Virus record (IMG/VR): IMGVR_UViG_3300045988_117973 | Coordinates: 1-18,144 of that record | DNA from: a virus | DNA length: 18,144 nucleotides | Direction: 5' to 3' (one strand) | Shown here: in pieces, positions 6,736 to 13,794 of the stretch | Layout: each line of letters starts with the position of its first letter | Numbering within the stretch: position 1 is the stretch's first letter | The notes under the pieces: generated by a model | Told to the model about the DNA's origin: nothing | Databases searched by the model: none | The model's input: the letters and a program-made list of their open reading frames with translations, nothing else | Program-made: the position numbers and the translations under genes

Positions 6736-7560
6736 ATGTTAAGAAAAATTAAAAAGAAACAATCAGCAAGCCAAACAATTAAAGAACAGTTTGAACAGAA
6801 TCAAGAAATTAAGATTGATATTGATAATTTTTTGCCGAAATTCGATGAGGTAAAGTTAAGCGGTAAAAATTTAGCTCAAAACTATGTAAGTGAATTTAAT
6901 ACGGGTATGAATATTTATCAATGCTTAAATTATTTACAAGGTCATATTGGTTGGCTTGTAAAAGCTGTGAATGATATTGTTAAAAAGTGGAATAAAAATA
7001 TAGAGGAAATGATTAAATATTGTATTGAGCTGTCTAAAAGTGAATTCGATAAACACTGGGCTGAATTAAGACCTCAAGTTATTGAACTAACGAAACAAAC
7101 AACAATCAATCAATTCAATGAGAAATGGGAAGAATTAAGACCTCAAGTAATTGAGTTGACGAGACAAACAACAATCAATCAATTCAATGAGTCATGGAAA
7201 GAATTAAGACCTCAAGTGATTGAGTTAACGAAACAAACAACAATCAATCAATTCAATCAATCATGGGAAGAATTAAAACCGGAGTTAACGCAATACGTGA
7301 ATAACACGATTAATACTTATATTGATAATCAAGATTCTAAAATTGGTAAAATGTATGATGATTTATCTATCTTGTTAACAAACTTAAAAAACAGTGGCGC
7401 TTGGACACAAACTGGTGATACGATTTTTGATGGTCACATGACAGATGGTAGAAACATCGCTACAGGTAATATTAATATCTTTGGTGGAAGTGTTGACGGC
7501 GGTTCATACATTCGTACAAATAGCGGAAGTACAGAGAACGATTTGGCTGGTGGTGTATAA
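6736..7560 (+). CDS. Fibre protein 1 (274 aa): shared N-terminal anchor module, 23-aa repeat shaft, short Gly-rich C-terminus (head-fibre or appendage-like)
   Basis: SD GAAGGTGGTGA precedes ATG 6736. It follows the capsid gene as phi29 gene 8.5 does. The N-terminal block NFLPKFDEVKLSGKNLAQNYVSEFNTGMNIYQCLNYLQGH is paralogous to 8784-8951. It carries three tandem 23-aa repeats. Confidence 0.85.
   Translation: MLRKIKKKQSASQTIKEQFEQNQEIKIDIDNFLPKFDEVKLSGKNLAQNYVSEFNTGMNIYQCLNYLQGHIGWLVKAVNDIVKKWNKNIEEMIKYCIELSKSEFDKHWAELRPQVIELTKQTTINQFNEKWEELRPQVIELTRQTTINQFNESWKELRPQVIELTKQTTINQFNQSWEELKPELTQYVNNTINTYIDNQDSKIGKMYDDLSILLTNLKNSGAWTQTGDTIFDGHMTDGRNIATGNINIFGGSVDGGSYIRTNSGSTENDLAGGV
7057..7263 (+). 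repeat. In-frame tandem repeat, 3 x 69 nt (23 aa: W-x-ELRPQVIELT-K/R-QTTINQFN-x-x), plus a degenerate fourth copy to about 7305
   Basis: Copies start at the TGG codons at 7057, 7126 and 7195 and are nearly identical at the nucleotide level. Confidence 0.95.
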
Positions 7561-8279
7561 TGGCATGGCAATATTTTTACGGCGCATATGAAAACACAGG
7601 ACCCTATGCGAATGTTGTTTTAGGTGGCTCACCGGATAATACCGGACCGTTTGGAGCGCCATTAGCAACCGCGCATGCGTCCGGATATGGTAAAGGTATT
7701 AATTTTACAGATAATGGTAATTATGGCGTAACGTTTACTTTAGATTTAGTTGGCTATGCAATAACAGACGCTCAGCAGTATGTGTCGGATGGTTATTATG
7801 TTGGTGATACTTCAGTGACATATAATTATTTTATTATCATATCTAAGTCAACAGACAATCAAGGATCATGGACACAATTATTAAGAGAAAAGATATTTAC
7901 GCACACCGGACGAATGCCATTAAATTATAGGCAAGGATGGGATGGTACAGCAAGAGCGAGCCAATGGAGTAAATTTATTCAATTATCAAATGACACAACA
8001 CACGTTAAAATTGAATTACAAGGTGAGGATGTTACTTTCCCACATTCAAATATTTACAGTATTCAACAGGTTATTCCCGACTTTAGACCTTGGGGTATTC
8101 GTAAAAGTGGCGTGTTAAAATCCTTGAATAAAGACAGTGGATTTTTAAAAATACGAAAATCCAACTCATGGGAGGACATCGCAAAATATAGTTATGATAA
8201 AGTAGGAAAAGAAAACCAAGGTACGAGCCGAATTCGTAAAAATGGTAAATGGCTTGGACAACGTAAAATAGGAAATTAG
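7560..8279 (+). CDS. Structural protein of unknown function (239 aa), translationally coupled to fibre 1; candidate distal fibre or receptor-binding component
   Basis: Its ATG overlaps the fibre-1 stop (TAATG at 7558-7562). The body is Gly/Tyr/Thr-rich and beta-like. The C-terminus has three IRK motifs (GIRKSGV, KIRKSNSW, RIRKNGKW). Confidence 0.8.
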   Translation: MAWQYFYGAYENTGPYANVVLGGSPDNTGPFGAPLATAHASGYGKGINFTDNGNYGVTFTLDLVGYAITDAQQYVSDGYYVGDTSVTYNYFIIISKSTDNQGSWTQLLREKIFTHTGRMPLNYRQGWDGTARASQWSKFIQLSNDTTHVKIELQGEDVTFPHSNIYSIQQVIPDFRPWGIRKSGVLKSLNKDSGFLKIRKSNSWEDIAKYSYDKVGKENQGTSRIRKNGKWLGQRKIGN

Positions 8280-8308
8280 AAAATAGTTGAACATTCAACT
8301 ATTTTTTT
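8280..8308 (+). terminator. Rho-independent terminator (copy 1 of a 28-bp perfect repeat)
   Basis: 10-bp stem AAATAGTTGA (8281-8290) pairs with TCAACTATTT (8295-8304), loop ACAT, then a T-run. 8280-8307 is identical to 11484-11511. Confidence 0.85.
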
Positions 8309-8338
8309 ATATTATAGAAAATGAAAGAGGTGATTAAT

Positions 8339-8674
8339 ATGAAAATTATTTTAGTGGCATTAGTTTTTAATGGTTTGGATTTGGTAACAGGTATCGTTGG
8401 AGCCTTACGACAAGGCGAACAAATCAAGTCTAATAAATTAAGAGACGGACTTTTTAAAAAGGTTGGATTTATCTTTTGTTACACGTTAGGTATTGCGATA
8501 AATTACGCAGAAACTTATTTAACATTGCCGTTTGGTGTTGATCTAGTACCGGTGATATGCACATATGCAATTATCACAGAGGTGGTTAGTATTATTGAAA
8601 ACATTTCAAAAATCAATAGTGACATCTTACCGGATAAACTAAAAGCATTAATCGGATATAAAGAGGGTGAATAG
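8339..8674 (+). CDS. Holin, phage_holin_4 (LL-H/phiLC3-type) family, three TM helices (111 aa from ATG 8339; the track start at 8321 is possible)
   Basis: Characteristic pattern LDLVTGIVGAL ... SNKLRDGLFKKVG ... EVVSIIENI. SD AAAGAGGTGA (8324-8333) serves ATG 8339. ATG 8321 has no SD. If both starts are used, this would be a dual-start holin/antiholin pair. Confidence 0.9.
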   Translation: MKIILVALVFNGLDLVTGIVGALRQGEQIKSNKLRDGLFKKVGFIFCYTLGIAINYAETYLTLPFGVDLVPVICTYAIITEVVSIIENISKINSDILPDKLKALIGYKEGE

Positions 8675-8675
8675 T

Positions 8676-10037
8676 ATGGATTTTGATAAAATAAAACAGA
8701 ATATTTTAAATTCAAGTGAAACATCTACGAGCGAAAGCGAAAGTATTTCCGGTTCAGAATTGCATGAAGAATTTGAGATCAATAATTTTTTACCCGAATT
8801 CGAGCCTTTAAAGTTAAGTGGTAAGAATTTAGCCCAGCAATATGTGAGTGCATTCAACACGGGTATGAATATTTACCAATGTTTAAACTACTTACAGGGA
8901 TATGTTTATACATTAGTAACGGCAATGAATGAAACGATTGAGGCATGGAATACCGTAGTACCACTATTGGAGCAGGCAACCAAAGAGTGGACCGACGAAG
9001 AATTTGACTATAAATGGTCAATCTTAAAACCTCAAGTTATTGAGCTTGTTACAAATTTAACACTTGAAACATTCAATAATGCATGGGAAGAATTAAGACC
9101 GGTTGTTATTAAATTGGCACAGGATACAACAGACGCCGAATTTGAAAAACAATGGAATATTTTAAAACCACAAGTTATTACACTGGTGGAAGAAACAACA
9201 ACAAATAAATTTAACGAGGAATGGGAGAAATTAAGACCTACGATAATACAATTATCAACAGATACAACAATTGAACAATTTAATAGATCATGGAAAGAAT
9301 TAAGACCTCAAGTGATTGAGTTAGCGCAAACTACAACAAGTAATAAATTTGATGAAAAATGGGAAGAGTTACAACCTCAATTAATTGAACTAGCACAAAC
9401 TACAACAAACACTAAGTTTGATGAAAAATGGAAAGCACTACAACCAACATTAACAAAAACAGTTAACAATTTAGCTAAAACACAAACTACAACAACATTC
9501 AACGAGAAATGGGAAGAATTAAGACCTCAAGTGATTGAGTTAGCGCAAACTACAACAAACACTAAGTTTGATGAAAAATGGACCGAATTACAGCCAACCG
9601 TTGAAAATAATGTTTCACTTGTTAAAGCTAATAAAACTGGTTATTATGTTTTAACCGAAAGTGAAGATAAAAATGTTAAAAAATTAGATTATTATTTTAA
9701 ATATGATGTTGATTATTTACCAAACGCGCCTTATTATGATAACAACATTTTTGTTAGGGGTTTAGACTTAGAAGGTTATACAGTTAAGAAGTCATTATTA
9801 ACTAATAACATATGTAAATTAAAAAATAAAAGTACAGGTGATTTAATAGATTATGTTTATTTTATGTTAGATGATGTAACAGTCACAACCACAAAAAATG
9901 ATTCACAAATTGTAATGACTGAAATAGCCATGAAATATTTACCATATTTCGCTAAGCTTAAAACAGATACACCAGTTACAGGACATTTGTATGTTGACGC
10001 GTGTATTTCCGTTATTTTAGAAAAAACTAGCTCATAA
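8676..10037 (+). CDS. Fibre protein 2 (453 aa): shared N-terminal anchor module, about eight 23-aa repeats, distinct C-terminal domain of about 150 aa (candidate receptor-binding fibre)
   Basis: SD GAGGGTGA (8664-8670) precedes ATG 8676. The track start GTG 8667 lies inside the SD. NFLPEFEPLKLSGKNLAQQYVSAFNTGMNIYQCLNYLQGY is paralogous to fibre 1. The repeat consensus is W-x-ELRPQVIEL-x3-TT-x3-F-N/D-EK. Confidence 0.88.
   Translation: MDFDKIKQNILNSSETSTSESESISGSELHEEFEINNFLPEFEPLKLSGKNLAQQYVSAFNTGMNIYQCLNYLQGYVYTLVTAMNETIEAWNTVVPLLEQATKEWTDEEFDYKWSILKPQVIELVTNLTLETFNNAWEELRPVVIKLAQDTTDAEFEKQWNILKPQVITLVEETTTNKFNEEWEKLRPTIIQLSTDTTIEQFNRSWKELRPQVIELAQTTTSNKFDEKWEELQPQLIELAQTTTNTKFDEKWKALQPTLTKTVNNLAKTQTTTTFNEKWEELRPQVIELAQTTTNTKFDEKWTELQPTVENNVSLVKANKTGYYVLTESEDKNVKKLDYYFKYDVDYLPNAPYYDNNIFVRGLDLEGYTVKKSLLTNNICKLKNKSTGDLIDYVYFMLDDVTVTTTKNDSQIVMTEIAMKYLPYFAKLKTDTPVTGHLYVDACISVILEKTSS
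9015..9578 (+). repeat. In-frame tandem repeat array, 8 units (seven of 69 nt and one of 81 nt), plus a partial ninth unit
   Basis: Units start at TGG codons beginning at 9015. The units at 9291 and 9510 are nearly identical. 9291-9323 is 33/33 identical to 7195-7227 in fibre 1. Confidence 0.9.
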
Positions 10038-10050
10038 GCTAGTTTTATTA
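10023..10050 (+). terminator. Hairpin or weak terminator spanning the fibre-2 stop codon
   Basis: 10-bp stem AAAACTAGCT (10023-10032) pairs with AGCTAGTTTT (10037-10046), loop CATA. The T-tract is short and lies mostly within the stem. Confidence 0.5.
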
Positions 10051-10070
10051 TATAGTAGGAGGCATTAATT

Positions 10071-10286
10071 ATGGATAAAAAAGAATGTGAATTATCAAGT
10101 ATATATATGATGAAAAAACCGGAAGATATTCCATACAACTTACCGGAAGGTCTAAGTGTTTATTTTTATGTCGAGTTTTATATGCAAGCTATGCATATAT
10201 TAAAAGATGTAGATTATGAAAGATATAATATATGTAAAGAGAAACTACACGAGTTAACAATATTAGAGGAGGAATTAAATTTATGA
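10071..10286 (+). CDS. Hypothetical small protein (71 aa)
   Basis: SD AGGAGG (10058-10063) precedes ATG 10071. Its stop overlaps the next start (ATGA at 10283). No motif recognised. Confidence 0.7.
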   Translation: MDKKECELSSIYMMKKPEDIPYNLPEGLSVYFYVEFYMQAMHILKDVDYERYNICKEKLHELTILEEELNL

Positions 10287-11485
10287 AAGCCGGTCAAAAG
10301 TTAGTTCATGATGGTTATGAAGTGTGTTTATTTCCTATGGAAATCATGAATATCACGCAATGGTCAAGTCCATCATCATATAGCCATTGTTGTGGACATC
10401 CATTTGATAATGCTATTAGTGGACAGGTACGAGTTCCCGTGTATGCCCCATTTAGTTGTCATTTAATACACACGTATGCCTCCGGGAATACACGAGTATA
10501 TCAAAGCGATAGTGAGGTTCTAACACCAAGCGGTTTAAAAAATGTAACTGTGAGTTTTACCCATGACCCAAACCCACCAACTGCAACACAGTATAAACAA
10601 GGTGATTTAATTTATCATACGGGTACGGCTGGTATGGCTACTGGAGATCATTGTCATATAGACCAGTCTTTTACACTAAACGCTGGTCTAGTTAGTTATG
10701 GCATTGTATGTAGTTATGGTAATGAATGTTATGCGTTAAGTGGTTCAGAATTACCGAATAATGTATTTTATGTGAATGATACAAATATTGTTAACGGATA
10801 CGGTCAAGATTGGAAAACGTTTGAAGGGGGTCAACCTCCAACGCCCGAACCAACATACAAATACACTAAACATTATTTTATGTTAGACGGTTTAGGTATT
10901 GATTTTGGGTTTTATAAAACAAAAGAAGAGATCAAACCAGAACCTCCAACACCAACAAGTAAATGGTTTATTCCCGGTGATATCAATAACACGCGACCCC
11001 TTACAGAAGATGAGTCAAAACAAAATTGGATAGCATTTTGGCAGTTTTTCAAAGCCAAAGGCTGGAGCGCAAACGCGGTTTCGGGTATATTAGGCAACTC
11101 TTATTTTGAAAGTACCGTTAACCCGAATAGGTGGGAAGGTGATATTCCTTTTGCACAACCGGTAGCAAGTCGTGGATATGGGCTAGTACAGTGGACGCCT
11201 TGGACAAAAATAATTGACTGGCTAAAAGAAAAAGGATATTACCCGGATGTCTCAAAGTTTGGAGTTGGTGAGTGTGAGAGAATTCAATGGGAAATGGAAA
11301 ATAATCAACAGTGGATAGCCACACCAGCCTATCCCGAAAGTTTCGCAAACTTTTCAAAATCAACTGCTGACCCGTATACATTAGCTATAGAATTTCTAGC
11401 CAACTATGAAAGACCAGCCGACCCGAACCAACCACAACGTGGCACTAAGGCACGTGAAATTTATGATTATATCAAAGACAAATAA
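10283..11485 (+). CDS. Tail-associated peptidoglycan hydrolase: N-terminal M23-like endopeptidase plus C-terminal phage tail lysozyme-like domain (400 aa)
   Basis: GTAGMATGDHCHID matches the M23 signature G-x-T-G-x-S/A-T-G-x-H-x-H. The C-terminal WSANAVSGILGNSYFESTVNPNRWEG ... RGYGLVQWT is typical of phage tail lysozyme domains. The Pro/Thr linkers are QPPTPEPT and PEPPTPT. Confidence 0.9.
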   Translation: MKAGQKLVHDGYEVCLFPMEIMNITQWSSPSSYSHCCGHPFDNAISGQVRVPVYAPFSCHLIHTYASGNTRVYQSDSEVLTPSGLKNVTVSFTHDPNPPTATQYKQGDLIYHTGTAGMATGDHCHIDQSFTLNAGLVSYGIVCSYGNECYALSGSELPNNVFYVNDTNIVNGYGQDWKTFEGGQPPTPEPTYKYTKHYFMLDGLGIDFGFYKTKEEIKPEPPTPTSKWFIPGDINNTRPLTEDESKQNWIAFWQFFKAKGWSANAVSGILGNSYFESTVNPNRWEGDIPFAQPVASRGYGLVQWTPWTKIIDWLKEKGYYPDVSKFGVGECERIQWEMENNQQWIATPAYPESFANFSKSTADPYTLAIEFLANYERPADPNQPQRGTKAREIYDYIKDK

Positions 11486-11511
11486 AATAGTTGAACATTC
11501 AACTATTTTTT
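11484..11511 (+). terminator. Rho-independent terminator (copy 2 of the 28-bp perfect repeat)
   Basis: AAAATAGTTGAACATTCAACTATTTTTT is identical to 8280-8307 and overlaps the stop codon of the lysin gene. Confidence 0.85.
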
Positions 11512-11545
11512 ACTAATATAAAAATATAAAAAGGAGTTGATTAAG

Positions 11546-13732
11546 ATGAGTATAGGAGTCGTAAATAGTCAATTTACACCACAAAGTAAAATTTATCTTT
11601 TAAAGGGTTTAGAAATTGACGCAATGAATAACACTTTTTGGGGTGCATTCGATACACCCGAAAAACAATTTAATTTTTTCATAAATAATTATGATCATAT
11701 TGTTTTTGAAAATTACACGTATCAAAGAAAAGATGGTACGGTAGTTGTACCGGGTGTTTATGATGATCTACGTTTATACAATTATTTGATTTATCAAAAT
11801 GGGTCTACAGGTAATAAAGCGAAATGGATTTACTGCTTTATTACAAGTTTAGGTTACTTAAATGACAACGCCACTAGTATTAGTTTTGAAACGGATGTAA
11901 TACAAACTTGGCGTTTTGAAATTGAAAGTAATTTTATGGAGTCTTACATTGCTTACGAACATAGGCCACAATATTATGATAATGGCGATGGTGTACATAG
12001 GCCATGTATTAATACACAACCCGAAAATATAGAAGTTGGTACAGATTTAATTTCAGATGAACAATATTTAATAGACCCTAACCAAAATATTAGTTTCGCC
12101 GTGATTGGTATGACGTGTGATATGTCGGGTAGAGATAGTTATACAAACGCGCAATTAGGAACACCATCCCAAATCAATTATTATATTTTTCCTTTTAGTC
12201 GATATACAGGAACGGATATAACATCTTTAAAAATTGGTAGTGCAAGTGGTGAAACTGTAACAATTTCGGGTTTATCAACTGTTTTAGACGCCATACGAAA
12301 AAATGAGAAATTAGTAGGTAAATGTGTTTCTATAGTGGTAACGAATTCGATACCCGGTTTAGTTGTTGAAAGTGGTCGAGTTGTAATTAAACGTGACTGC
12401 TTTAGTGGAGAACAACAAGGCGACTATCAAATATTGACATATAAGGCTAAGACTATGAATGGCATGCTAGAAAATGATTTAAACGCCTTTCCAAAATCGC
12501 GTATATATGATATACCAGCTTTTATTGGATTTACTCAATTTACAAAATTATATACGTACCCATACAGTTATTTATTAATTAGTGACAATAACGGAACAAC
12601 AAAAACTTTTAAAAATGAGTTATGGAAGGATATGAAAAAAGCACAATTTATTTGTGTTGGATCACCTAACAGTTCAAAAATAAATATAATGCCATTAAAT
12701 TATAAGGTTAACAAGTCAAATGATTTATATTCAAATTTAATTAATTTAGATAATTCGTTTGAATCACAATATGAGACTAGCTTGCCTATTATTAGTGATA
12801 CGACCGCATTAATGATACAATCATCGCACAATTCTATGAATGTTGGATTATCCAATATTAGAAGATCAAACGAAACAAATTTAGCTATAGCTAGTGCTAC
12901 AGGTAATGCACTAAGTGCACAAACAAGCTTACAAAATAACTTAAATTTAAGTGTTACCGCACGTAACACAAATTTAGCTAGTAACTTAAATGACTTACAA
13001 AACAAATCAAATATGATAAATGCAAGCATAGGCGCTATAGGCGGTTTAAGTGGTGGTATCGCCAGCGCGTTAACCGGTAATATTGGCGGTGCTGTTGGTA
13101 GTTTGGTTGGAGCTGGGTTAGGTATTGGACAAACAGCCATGCAAAATCAAATCAATACAAAACAAACCAACTTACAAAACGCAAACGCACTTGCAAACGC
13201 AAATGCACAAGCAAGTGCTAACAGTCAATCAACCGCAATCGGTAATCAATTAAGACAACTAACAACACAATACCAAAATCAAACTAATATTCAAAATGCT
13301 ATGGATAGTTATAACGCACGTATTCACGACGCACAGGCGACTGCTGACAGTATTGTAACTGGTTCTAATGATTTAATGCGACAAATTGCACTAGATTTAA
13401 ACACATTCGTATTATATGTTTATAGACCTACAGACGAATACAAACAGAAACTCGAAAAAATTTGGAACATGCGCGGATATGCTACAAATACAATTGACTA
13501 TCCAAATTTACGATCTAAAATATCATGGAACTACATTCAAACCGTTAAATGTAATATTAGTGGTGATGGTATTGATCCTAATGACTTGGAAAAAATCAAA
13601 CGCGTATTTGATAATGGTATTACTTTATGGCACAACAAGAATGTTGGTAATTATAGCCAAAATAACGGCGAAAGATATTCATACACACAGTGTGATAAAT
13701 ACGGTAATTATAAAGAAAAGAAAGTACATTAA
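11546..13732 (+). CDS. Tail knob / distal tube protein, phi29 gp9-like (728 aa), with a long Gly-rich hydrophobic loop
   Basis: AKWIYCFITSLGYLNDNATSISFETDVIQTWRFEIESNFMESYIAYEH matches recalled phi29 gp9 [54 protein letters not shown] (11531-11536) lies 9 nt before ATG 11546. The track start TTG 11537 abuts the SD. Confidence 0.93.
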   Translation: MSIGVVNSQFTPQSKIYLLKGLEIDAMNNTFWGAFDTPEKQFNFFINNYDHIVFENYTYQRKDGTVVVPGVYDDLRLYNYLIYQNGSTGNKAKWIYCFITSLGYLNDNATSISFETDVIQTWRFEIESNFMESYIAYEHRPQYYDNGDGVHRPCINTQPENIEVGTDLISDEQYLIDPNQNISFAVIGMTCDMSGRDSYTNAQLGTPSQINYYIFPFSRYTGTDITSLKIGSASGETVTISGLSTVLDAIRKNEKLVGKCVSIVVTNSIPGLVVESGRVVIKRDCFSGEQQGDYQILTYKAKTMNGMLENDLNAFPKSRIYDIPAFIGFTQFTKLYTYPYSYLLISDNNGTTKTFKNELWKDMKKAQFICVGSPNSSKINIMPLNYKVNKSNDLYSNLINLDNSFESQYETSLPIISDTTALMIQSSHNSMNVGLSNIRRSNETNLAIASATGNALSAQTSLQNNLNLSVTARNTNLASNLNDLQNKSNMINASIGAIGGLSGGIASALTGNIGGAVGSLVGAGLGIGQTAMQNQINTKQTNLQNANALANANAQASANSQSTAIGNQLRQLTTQYQNQTNIQNAMDSYNARIHDAQATADSIVTGSNDLMRQIALDLNTFVLYVYRPTDEYKQKLEKIWNMRGYATNTIDYPNLRSKISWNYIQTVKCNISGDGIDPNDLEKIKRVFDNGITLWHNKNVGNYSQNNGERYSYTQCDKYGNYKEKKVH

Positions 13733-13735
13733 TAT

Positions 13736-13761
13736 AAAAGGTTGACGGTTCAACCTTTTTT
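13736..13761 (+). terminator. Rho-independent terminator (variant of the GTTGA-NNNN-TCAAC design)
   Basis: Stem AAAAGGTTGA (13736-13745) pairs with TCAACCTTTT (13750-13759), loop CGGT, then TT. Confidence 0.8.
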
Positions 13762-13794
13762 ATTTAACATATAATTAAAAGGAGATGATTAAAA

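Noticed and set aside
7524-7562. Programmed -1 frameshift fusing fibre 1 to the 239-aa ORF
   Set aside because: The -1 frame is open only from 7524, and no X-XXY-YYZ slippery heptamer occurs in that interval. An ATG overlapping the stop (TAATG), with an SD-like GGTGGTG upstream, explains the arrangement by translational coupling.
7057-9578. Regularly spaced 69-nt repeats that could superficially suggest a CRISPR-like or satellite array
   Set aside because: The repeats are contiguous with no spacers. They are in frame inside two ORFs and conserved at the protein level (23-aa units), so they are coding tandem repeats.
12700-13140. 146-aa ORF on the minus strand inside the tail-knob gene (Pro/Ala/Leu-rich)
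   Set aside because: It lies antisense to the Gly/Ala/Asn/Gln low-complexity region of a confidently identified gp9-like CDS. Compositional bias removes stop codons on the opposite strand. It has no SD and is a low-complexity translation.
13416-13745. 109-aa + strand ORF in an alternative frame at the 3' end of the tail-knob gene
   Set aside because: It is fully nested in the gp9-like CDS, has no SD, and its translation has no protein-like features.
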